IMG/VR virus record: IMGVR_UViG_3300045526_000331
Span: 5,858-69,857 of that record
DNA length: 64,000 bases
Direction: 5' to 3' (one strand)
DNA from: a virus
Taxonomy: Duplodnaviria; Caudoviricetes
Part shown: piece by piece, positions 56,341 to 63,676 of the stretch
Numbering within the stretch: position 1 is the first letter of the stretch
Layout: each line of letters begins with the position of its first letter
Notes under the pieces: model-generated
Told to the model about the DNA's origin: nothing
The model's database searches: none
The model's input: only the letters and a program-made list of their open reading frames with translations
Translations under genes and position numbers: made by a program

Positions 56341-57098
56341 TCTTCAAGCTCATCGTCTCTTGCCCACCTCGCCTGGTAGGATCGATCTTTAAGTCTGCAC
56401 TGACAGTCTCCGGTGGGGATAAATACTTGACCCTGGTCTCCAACCTATACAAGGACCTGCTCCTCTTTGACCTGAAGAAGGTCAGAAAGTCAAACAGCAG
56501 CAATGCTCCAAGAAGACCCTACTGGTACGCCCCTAGAGGCCTATGCTCCTCAGATGCTTCGTTCCAAATCTGGTCGGCATCCTGGAAGTTTCTGGAAAAG
56601 AAACACCTGGGCAAGTCTAATTCCTGGGACCAGGAAAAGATCCTTGGACTTCTTGGCGATCTGGAAATTCTGGGGTTTATGGGTGAGTACTCCGGTTACT
56701 CCCCCCGGCTTAGAGTTAAAAAGGAGTCTGAAACTGCATCGTCTCGACTAAAATTAGTGGAAACCCTGCTAAGCATTAAGTCCGACCAGCACTTTGAATT
56801 CCTTGCCTCCACCCTGACGAAAGACCTGATCTTCTACTCCAGGGCCCCTGAGGGATCACTTGATCGCGCTTTGTCAAAGCGCCTCAACTCTCTGAACTTC
56901 TCCCGATTCACCAAAGGAGACTCTCTCTTGTTTGAGAAGACGGAGATTGATTGCTCATTCCCCTATTGCAAGGTGGGTCTAAAGGATGGGTATAAGATCT
57001 ACGGGGCGCATAAGTCCTTGCCGTATTTCGCCCAAACCCCTCCGGGATCCGGCCTAATCGATGTCAAGATTATTGACAACTTTGTAGACAAAGCCTAG
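56337..57098 (+). CDS. Hypothetical protein
   Basis: 253-aa ORF with an ATGA overlap. Confidence 0.65.
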   Translation: MIFKLIVSCPPRLVGSIFKSALTVSGGDKYLTLVSNLYKDLLLFDLKKVRKSNSSNAPRRPYWYAPRGLCSSDASFQIWSASWKFLEKKHLGKSNSWDQEKILGLLGDLEILGFMGEYSGYSPRLRVKKESETASSRLKLVETLLSIKSDQHFEFLASTLTKDLIFYSRAPEGSLDRALSKRLNSLNFSRFTKGDSLLFEKTEIDCSFPYCKVGLKDGYKIYGAHKSLPYFAQTPPGSGLIDVKIIDNFVDKA

Positions 57099-57100
57099 GG

Positions 57101-57595
57101 ATGGGCCAGAGAGGTCATGGGGGGATTAATCCCCCCTTCAAACACTGCGCTGAATGCGGTAAGTTAAAGCCCCTGGGGGAATTTTATAGGGGTAAGGGGG
57201 TAGGAGGTAGACGTTCAAAGTGCAAAGTTTGCGAAGTTTCTCTGGGTGCCAAAAATAGGTCTAGAGACCCAATTGACTACAAGCTAAAGAGAATGCTCTG
57301 TGAAGCCAGAAGAAGATCAAAGTTAAACGGTAGAGACTTTTCTCTCACCCACAAGGACATCTACGACCTCTACTGCGAAAAGTGTCCGGTTTTGGGGGTG
57401 GACCTGGCATGGAATAACTCCAAACTATTATTTAACTCCCCCACCCTGGACAGAATAGACAACGAAAAGGGCTACGTGCCCGGAAACGTCGTCATTGTAA
57501 GTTGGAGAGCAAACAAGATTAAATCAGATGCGAGTATGGAAGAACTAGAAGCTATTGTCGGATTTTTTAAGCATAGAGGAGTTACCTCCCAATAG
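57101..57595 (+). CDS. HNH-family (His-Me finger) endonuclease with N-terminal zinc finger
   Basis: CAECG..K...EFY...SKCKVC; CPVLG; PTLDRIDNEKGYVPGNVVIVSWRANKIK. Confidence 0.85.
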   Translation: MGQRGHGGINPPFKHCAECGKLKPLGEFYRGKGVGGRRSKCKVCEVSLGAKNRSRDPIDYKLKRMLCEARRRSKLNGRDFSLTHKDIYDLYCEKCPVLGVDLAWNNSKLLFNSPTLDRIDNEKGYVPGNVVIVSWRANKIKSDASMEELEAIVGFFKHRGVTSQ

Positions 57596-57741
57596 TCCCG
57601 AATCACGGGTATTAAATCAGGGTCGGCCCTGATCTATCGGGAGGGGTTTGACGGAATCCCAGACCCCCCTTACCGGAGGGGGGTCCAAGGCCCAGGTGAG
57701 ACTCTGGGCATCCCTGGCGCCAGGGGCGTTGGCCAACGCCC
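57596..57741. other. Dense cluster of inverted repeats between convergent genes
   Basis: At least six stems, including perfect palindromes at 57712-57725 and 57724-57741. Confidence 0.75.
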
Positions 57742-57758
57742 AGTAATACTACCACGGA

Positions 57759-58634
57759 TCAGAGGTCGTCGGGGTGCCTAAACCCCAAAAAGACCGGGTG
57801 CCTAGGCTTCTCTTTCGCCCCGTGTTCTAGGTATTTGTACTTAACAATACTACCCAAATACTTCTCTTTGTTCTTCCAGATTTCATCCCTCATTGCATCG
57901 TCTAAGCCACTCCCTATGTGAAACTCACGACCACTATCATCCCTGACAAGCAGGGCTCCGGTGGTTCCGGCCGGAACCATACCGGTCTGGCTCGTAGAAC
58001 GCTTAGTAAGACCAAATGCGTCAGCCTGGGCCGGATTGTTATTGATCAGCTTCTCCTCTATGCCGATCAGGGCGGCCTCTGCATCAGTAAATCTCTTTAC
58101 CTTCAGCAGAGTGTTTTCCCTCACCGTCGCCCTGCCAAACTTATACCCTCCGTCCGGATCCCTGATCATCACCCCCTCATGCCCCTCCCAGAGGACAATG
58201 GCCTCGTAAGTTTCAAGCTCATCAGGAGTACAGACCTCAATTCCCTCCAAGATCTCCAGATCGAAGGGAGGACTGTTTCCCAGGGTCAGACCTTTCAGCC
58301 GATCCTTATAGGGCAGGATTAGGGAACTGTTCGGATCGACATAGTCAAAAATCCACACCTTGAAGTCCGGCTTGCCATGTACGGACATTATCGCAGAACT
58401 GGACTGGTGAAAGGATTCACCGCAAGTAAGCTCGCCATCGACCCCGTCAGGGAGGTAAGTCGAAAGCATTTGCTGGATGTGAAGATTTCGGATGGGCTTG
58501 AAGGATCGGGACAGGGCTTTTCCCTCTACCATCAGAAACCTAATCCCATCGATTTTGGGGGTGGCTATGTAGGGGTATTTCGCCTTGGCCGGGTCGAACG
58601 TACCGGCCAACATTGGTTTTAGAATTTTGACCAT
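57759..58634 (-). CDS. ATP-dependent DNA ligase, minimal type
   Basis: KPMLA, TPKIDGIR, DGEL, EGVMIR, LLKVK, IGSG, KYKY, PRHPVF (track start 58640). Confidence 0.95.
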   Translation of the reverse strand: MVKILKPMLAGTFDPAKAKYPYIATPKIDGIRFLMVEGKALSRSFKPIRNLHIQQMLSTYLPDGVDGELTCGESFHQSSSAIMSVHGKPDFKVWIFDYVDPNSSLILPYKDRLKGLTLGNSPPFDLEILEGIEVCTPDELETYEAIVLWEGHEGVMIRDPDGGYKFGRATVRENTLLKVKRFTDAEAALIGIEEKLINNNPAQADAFGLTKRSTSQTGMVPAGTTGALLVRDDSGREFHIGSGLDDAMRDEIWKNKEKYLGSIVKYKYLEHGAKEKPRHPVFLGFRHPDDL

Positions 58635-58653
58635 GCCCAATCATAGCACGGAT

Positions 58654-59142
58654 TTAGGTATAGGTGTCCCTGTAAGCCTTCAGAAGGGCCTTGTACCTCG
58701 TACGGAGGTATGTCGACCCCGGGGGCAAGCCGAGGGTGGCTTCTAGGGCATCACAGACCCCTGAAATATAGGCCTTGCTTTCCGAAGAGAGACTGGAGTG
58801 AGTCAGGGAGTCGAAGTCCGTAGTCGACCTGCCCTCCTCATAGGCAGACTCCCACTTTGCCAGTTTCTTCTCCGCAGTCGACCACTTGGCCGGGAAGATA
58901 TTGGAGTTATTCCACCTAAACCCTTGTTTTTGGGCCTTGGCCAGCCTCTCCTCAAAGGTCGGAGGGGCCTTGGAGAGAAGCTCCTGCTCCCGCTCCCTCA
59001 GCTCATTGAGCTTCTCATGGCACTGGCTCTGGTACTTGCTCAGGTCCCTCAGAACCTCCGTTGCCGACTTCATATAGGTGGCCCTGTCCGCCCCCGCATC
59101 GGTGGAAAGGAAGGCCCGGGCTCTCTCTGTGGGTGAGGTCAT
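58654..59142 (-). CDS. Hypothetical protein (start MTSPTERAR)
   Basis: GTGCTAAACT at 59162-59171; the track extension merely translates the repeat array. Confidence 0.65.
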   Translation of the reverse strand: MTSPTERARAFLSTDAGADRATYMKSATEVLRDLSKYQSQCHEKLNELREREQELLSKAPPTFEERLAKAQKQGFRWNNSNIFPAKWSTAEKKLAKWESAYEEGRSTTDFDSLTHSSLSSESKAYISGVCDALEATLGLPPGSTYLRTRYKALLKAYRDTYT

Positions 59143-59190
59143 GTCCACTCCGATCGGGGTCAGTTTAGCACCCCCCCCCGTCCTTTTGGG

Positions 59191-59409
59191 ATTTCTGCTC
59201 CTGTTTTCCGATGTGAAAATCCATTTCTGTTCCTGTTTTCCGATATAAAAATGCGTTTTTGTTCCTGTTTTGCGATGTGAAAATGGGAAAAAGCAGGGGG
59301 TACCCCCCGCATTTTGGGCATTTCTGTTCCTGTTTTCCGATATAAAAATGGATTTTCGCTCCTGTTTTGCGATGTGAAAATTGAAAAAGCAGGGGGGGTC
59401 ATTTGGGGC
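59191..59409. repeat. Iteron-like array: five 30-bp units (32-bp period) in blocks of 3 and 2, each followed by a G/C-tract spacer
   Basis: Units at 59191, 59223, 59255, 59320 and 59352; core CCTGTTTTSCGATRTRAAAAT. Confidence 0.92.
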
Positions 59410-60085
59410 AAAATCCATCGGAGATGAGACTCATGAGACTCGCTTTGAGAAACCCAGTCAGGGCAAGGGTTTTCAGAGGGGCGATTTTCGGGATTTTGAA
59501 AAATTCCTACAGGTTTACTACCCCCCCCCCCCCCTGTATTTTTCTCTCTCCAATTTGGAATGAAAATGGAATATATACCAGGGGGGGGGTATATATGGTT
59601 GTGTAGGTATATGGGATTTTCTTCTGGAAGAGGAGGCTCTTCTGGAGAAGCGCCCGCCTTGATTTAGGGGGGCGGGATGAGGAGCCCCGCCCCGGCAACT
59701 TCCGCTTCGGAGGTCGAGGTGCTTGCCGGAGCCGCCTTTGAGAGAGCCATGCCCCTGCCGATCACGCCCCGATGATCCCTCCTCCGTGCGCAGAGGACGA
59801 CGCATCGCGCAGGTGAGCAGCTCCCAGAGCAAAGCCGTGGCGGAGCACATCGCCCACGATGCGGAGGCCCGTGCATTCATGACCGACTGGGCGCGAGGAT
59901 CCAAACCGCCCCGGGAAGCCTCCAGAAGCCCCTGTAAGGCGTTCTACCCCCGTAACAGTACTTCACACGCCAGAGGCCCTACAGGGGCCTTCCTGGGCGT
60001 GCTATAGTGCTCTGACAGCCATCAGCCCATGTCCAGCGATTCTACTCTTAATTCCTGGGAAGCAACTAAAATAATATGTAGGCTC

Positions 60086-60205
60086 ATGAAAGCGCCAAAG
60101 CTGAACTACTCTCAGTATTGGCATTGGAGATTCAGTAAGAAGCTCCTCCTACTAAGGAGAGACGGGGAAGGGTTTATCCAACTCTGCCCTCCCGGCAATG
60201 TCTAA
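60086..60205 (+). CDS. 39-aa hypothetical protein
   Basis: Downstream of CGTGCTATAGT (59998-60008); overlaps the next ATG. Confidence 0.4.
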   Translation: MKAPKLNYSQYWHWRFSKKLLLLRRDGEGFIQLCPPGNV

Positions 60206-60392
60206 TTCTAAGGTCAACTTTGAGGTGGTCTATTTAAAGGGATCTGTCCGTGGTCCCTCTTCCGTTCCCCCGCCCTGCATGTTCGACACCTACATGGAAA
60301 TGACAAGGAAGATGTGCTCTCCCCGGATCAGCCGTAGCTCCCTGAGGGTCCTCTGGGCCTGGAATCAGGTAATTCTCAAGCCCAAGAAGTGA
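60198..60392 (+). CDS. 64-aa hypothetical protein
   Basis: ATG overlaps the preceding small ORF. Confidence 0.45.
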   Translation: MSNSKVNFEVVYLKGSVRGPSSVPPPCMFDTYMEMTRKMCSPRISRSSLRVLWAWNQVILKPKK

Positions 60393-60583
60393 GCGCAAGA
60401 GTCAACCCCCACTCCCAATAACCATGGCATGTTATACCTGGGTGCGTATTCCCATCCCCACTCCTCACCCCCTCGCGGCCCACCATTCACTCTTACGCAT
60501 GACCAGGATAATGAAATCCCCGAAAATTTCCCTGTGGGCCATCAGATCCCTTTACCTTTACAGAAAATACCCAGTAAAAAGAA

Positions 60584-60991
60584 CTATTTGATATACCTGT
60601 CATGCCACTCTATACTGAATAGTACCCGGGCAATAAGTCTTCCTAGCCTGCTCGGGGTCTTGTCCGACCAGATATTTTGCAATCCGACTTTCCAATAACC
60701 TTTCGCCCCGGGGTAATAACCCCCCGCCCCCGAGAGATACGTCTCGGTATGCGCAGAATAAGTTACCTTTACCCCGTACAGAATCCCATACCCCGCCCCA
60801 CAAGGGAACAAACTATTTATTTCCCTCCTCGCCCTCTTTCTCTCCTTCGCAGCAGGGACGGAGACATTCTTCCTGTACCACCAATCCCCCGTCAGCTCCC
60901 AGAACCGGTCCTGTCCATGATATGACCAGGCAAGGCGGCACGATCTCCACCCCCTCCTCATTCCGTTGAAAGTAGAACGAGCAGACCTCAT
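60584..60991 (-). CDS. Basic Trp/Tyr-rich hypothetical protein
   Basis: GTGCTAAGAT lies 6 nt before the ATG. Confidence 0.6.
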   Translation of the reverse strand: MRSARSTFNGMRRGWRSCRLAWSYHGQDRFWELTGDWWYRKNVSVPAAKERKRARREINSLFPCGAGYGILYGVKVTYSAHTETYLSGAGGYYPGAKGYWKVGLQNIWSDKTPSRLGRLIARVLFSIEWHDRYIK

Positions 60992-61010
60992 TCACCCATC
61001 TTAGCACAGA

Positions 61011-61496
61011 GTGGCCCTCCCGCAACGTTTCAACGATCCCTCCATCCTCCGAGAAGAGAGCTTCGCACCTGGCCTCAGCCGCCCCAATCCCGACCAATTC
61101 GGCCAGTCTGCATCTCTCGATGTGTACGTGGACGACGAGGGGAACACCAACGTCCAGGGGAAGATTCTCAGCTATGCCTCGACCGACCCCATCGACTGCG
61201 AAGAGGTCCCCCGGTTCAGCTCCGATAACAACTTTGTAGCCGGCCTGGCCAAGTCCATCCCGGGCGTACCCCCCGGTGCCTATTTCCAGTACGCAGGCGA
61301 TAAGAAAAAAGCCCCGGAAGGATATGCCTATTGCAACGGAGGGGTGTACACCCTGGCAGATGGCACGGAGTGGGTAACCCCGTACCTGATCACTCCGCCC
61401 AGTAAGTTCTCCACCTATATCCAGAAGTTGCCCGAGGGGGCTACTTTCACCGGCAGATACTACAGCCCCTTCTGGACCGGATCTATAGGGAGTTGA
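61011..61496 (+). CDS. Isolated late-type hypothetical protein
   Basis: GTTGAAAGT at 60965-60973; C-rich third codon positions. Confidence 0.65.
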   Translation: MALPQRFNDPSILREESFAPGLSRPNPDQFGQSASLDVYVDDEGNTNVQGKILSYASTDPIDCEEVPRFSSDNNFVAGLAKSIPGVPPGAYFQYAGDKKKAPEGYAYCNGGVYTLADGTEWVTPYLITPPSKFSTYIQKLPEGATFTGRYYSPFWTGSIGS

Positions 61497-61722
61497 CCCC
61501 AAAGGCCTCCATGTAGCAGGTGAACACCAGCTCCCTAATGTCCTCTTCGGACATGTGATCAAGCTCGGAAAGCTCGATCCTATCTCTAATGACTACTGCG
61601 GCATGTTGAGAGACATCAATGTTGCAGATTGCAAAGGCAGGACCTGGCTCTACTACGCAAAAGAGCCCGTAGGAAACGCACTCTTTCTTTAGGAATTTAA
61701 ACCCCTCACTGTTCACCAACAC
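61483..61722 (-). CDS. Small hypothetical protein, paralog-array member
   Basis: C-terminal MSEEDIRELVF. Confidence 0.55.
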   Translation of the reverse strand: MLVNSEGFKFLKKECVSYGLFCVVEPGPAFAICNIDVSQHAAVVIRDRIELSELDHMSEEDIRELVFTCYMEAFGVNSL

Positions 61723-61933
61723 AGTCCATGATTAAACAATTCACAAACCACTCCTTCATGTCCCCCTCAGAAATCCTCGAGGTATATTTACCTCCGGGCA
61801 ATTCCCTCTCCGTACGGGGATCACGGAGTGATATGAGGCCACTGAGACATACTTCCAAATCGTACTCTTCACAAAGCTCCACTAAGAGCTTTAACCTTTT
61901 GAGGTAGTTATAGTGACTGGGGGGGTTACCCAT
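61706..61933 (-). CDS. Small hypothetical protein, paralog-array member
   Basis: C-terminal ISEGDMKEWFV. Confidence 0.55.
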   Translation of the reverse strand: MGNPPSHYNYLKRLKLLVELCEEYDLEVCLSGLISLRDPRTERELPGGKYTSRISEGDMKEWFVNCLIMDCVGEQ

Positions 61934-61936
61934 GGC

Positions 61937-62251
61937 TTAGAGAAGTGAGTCGACAAGGTAGGTATTGTAAATCCTTTCAGATATGTAGATCAGGTCGCTT
62001 CGGTCACTAATGCAAGCAATTGGGCGTACACTACCATCCTTGTGCCTAAAGTACACCCTTGCAGAACCCCTCCTAGGCAATAGGGAGAGACTATTGATAA
62101 GTCTATGGGGATTTAAACTCGACTTTTTGCACAACTCGGACAACTCCTCCCTTACCCTTTGCACCGTCCCTGACCAATCTGTGGCATATACAACATGGTA
62201 GTAGAACGGGGTGTATTTGGGGGAAAGCGATCTGTGGTCGATGGGGATCAT
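61937..62251 (-). CDS. Small hypothetical protein
   Basis: 104-aa ORF downstream of a structured leader. Confidence 0.55.
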   Translation of the reverse strand: MIPIDHRSLSPKYTPFYYHVVYATDWSGTVQRVREELSELCKKSSLNPHRLINSLSLLPRRGSARVYFRHKDGSVRPIACISDRSDLIYISERIYNTYLVDSLL

Positions 62252-62259
62252 GAGCCTCC

Positions 62260-62353
62260 GGGCGCAGCCTCCATCCTACACGAATACGGCCCGGGCCACC
62301 GGCCCGGATCTGGGATCCGGCATCGCCGGTCCCAGCCACGCCCGTTAGGGCGT
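62260..62353 (-). ncRNA. Candidate structured leader or ncRNA
   Basis: Closing stem GGGCGUGG/CUGCGCCC encloses two GC-rich hairpins; alternative 5' hairpin. Confidence 0.4.
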
Positions 62354-62354
62354 A

Positions 62355-62717
62355 TCAGATCAACTTATTTACCATGTAAATGTCGTACAGGCTTTCAACC
62401 ACAGCCTCCTCTCTATCTCCTTCCCTTAACCTCCCCGCCTCAATAATATCCGTACCAACCTTGTACCCCAGGGTCAACTCCTCCCCATCAAACCTACAGT
62501 TTATATCGAACAACCTCTCCTTCCACCCCGTCTCCGACCCCAAAATCCTCACTACCTCCATCAAAGAGTCATAGACCCAATAGGGTATGGCATCCTTAGC
62601 TTCGATGGGCTTACCCACGCCCCCCATAAACTTCTGCCTGTGGTACTCCAAGATCAATTTGCCAGCCCTAATCCACTCAGTCATGGTTTGCCTCCAGGTC
62701 AGCTCCCACCATAGCAT
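62355..62717 (-). CDS. Small hypothetical protein, paralog-array member
   Basis: C-terminal LREGDREEAVV. Confidence 0.55.
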   Translation of the reverse strand: MLWWELTWRQTMTEWIRAGKLILEYHRQKFMGGVGKPIEAKDAIPYWVYDSLMEVVRILGSETGWKERLFDINCRFDGEELTLGYKVGTDIIEAGRLREGDREEAVVESLYDIYMVNKLI

Positions 62718-62723
62718 GTACCC

Positions 62724-63041
62724 CTACATCAGGTCTATTATCGTTTTGTGAACCCATATCGATTCCACCTCTTCATCGGTCAAGTACTCCCTCTCCAAGT
62801 TCGTAATTTCTATTTCGTCAAACCTATTCTTCTCCATGCGAAGTATTTCCACCCTCAAGTAACTCAGTATCACAATGCCCCTCTCTGAATCTTCATCCCT
62901 CCTCATCCTTAGAAATATGTATCTCCAGTCCTCTAGATCAGACTGAGTACCTCCCCTCTTACAAATTTCCCTACAAATCACACCTAGTCTGCTAACTGGT
63001 GGTGCATCCTCGTACTTCATAACTTCAACCCATCTCCCCAA
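62724..63041 (-). CDS. Small hypothetical protein, paralog-array member
   Basis: C-terminal YLTDEEVESIWVHKTIIDLM. Confidence 0.6.
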   Translation of the reverse strand: MGRWVEVMKYEDAPPVSRLGVICREICKRGGTQSDLEDWRYIFLRMRRDEDSERGIVILSYLRVEILRMEKNRFDEIEITNLEREYLTDEEVESIWVHKTIIDLM

Positions 63042-63339
63042 TTACATCCACAACCGTAATAGCCTTGAGAACTCTCTCTATCTCTTCCTCCGTCAATATC
63101 CCCCCCGTCTCTCTGTCCTCAAATCTTTTCTCATCTATGGTCAAAACACTCTGCTTTTTATATCTCAGCTCAAATACACCCTCCTTCCGGTCCAAAGAGC
63201 AGTGGATGTATATATTTGCCCAAGACACACTCGATCTTTGGTAAATCTCATCACATATTTCGGTAAATACCGCAGTTACCCCTGTCAAACCGTATTTGTA
63301 TCCCATTAGAAGTTCTCCGCTAGAGAAATAGTAATGCAA
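63025..63339 (-). CDS. Small hypothetical protein, paralog-array member
   Basis: C-terminal ILTEEEIERVLKAITVVDVI. Confidence 0.6.
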   Translation of the reverse strand: MHYYFSSGELLMGYKYGLTGVTAVFTEICDEIYQRSSVSWANIYIHCSLDRKEGVFELRYKKQSVLTIDEKRFEDRETGGILTEEEIERVLKAITVVDVIGEMG

Positions 63340-63632
63340 CCAGAATTAACATTCTCATCCCCCAGTGTGTCTACCTTACGAAACTCCCCTAGTTCTTTAA
63401 CCTTTAGGGCAAACATTTCCATCTCTCTATAAAGAAACACGCACTGTTCTCCCCTAACTTCATAGGACATGCGTGAGTAAATCTCAAACCACGTAATTTT
63501 TTTGGGCATCCACCCCAAATGGCATAGCCTGATGGCCACCCTGCAAAGGTCCAGCTCTTCTGGTTCCAAGGCTCTGTTGCGTCTTGAACCCCCACCATAG
63601 CACGGGGTGAAAGCCCGATGGGCCATAGCCAT
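63306..63632 (-). CDS. Small hypothetical protein (start uncertain)
   Basis: Purine-rich ORF in the same array; internal CCGTGCTATGGT at 63594-63605. Confidence 0.5.
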   Translation of the reverse strand: MAMAHRAFTPCYGGGSRRNRALEPEELDLCRVAIRLCHLGWMPKKITWFEIYSRMSYEVRGEQCVFLYREMEMFALKVKELGEFRKVDTLGDENVNSGCITISLAENF

Positions 63633-63662
63633 ATCAACTAATCACCCCCAGTGTTACATTAT

Positions 63663-63676
63663 GTAACAAAAGATAC
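63663..63676. promoter_or_regulatory. Candidate NtcA box GTAACAAAAGATAC
   Basis: GTA-N8-TAC with GTAAC/GATAC half-sites, intergenic, overlapping a 17-bp palindrome. Confidence 0.4.

Noticed and set aside
57101-57741. Group I intron carrying the HNH
   Set aside because: No recognisable P7 R/S core elements, and no interrupted gene resumes downstream.
59191-59409. Repeat array as a CRISPR or mini-array
   Set aside because: Units are directly tandem (2-nt gaps), the two longer spacers resemble each other, and there are no unique spacers or cas genes.
59143-59418. N-terminal extension of ORF 58654-59418 and ORF 59160-59411
   Set aside because: They simply translate the repeat array. A promoter motif sits 19 nt above ATG 59142.
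59518-60007. ORFs 59518-59904, 59664-59876 and 59723-60007
   Set aside because: They overlap each other in GC-rich, homopolymer-containing DNA and have no motifs. One may be a decayed gene, but I cannot support any of them.
10100-62399. GTTGAAAG as a CRISPR-repeat 3' end or RNA anti-CRISPR
   Set aside because: It resembles 8-nt crRNA handles, but there is no repeat hairpin upstream. Fixed orientation and distance to start codons favour a promoter.
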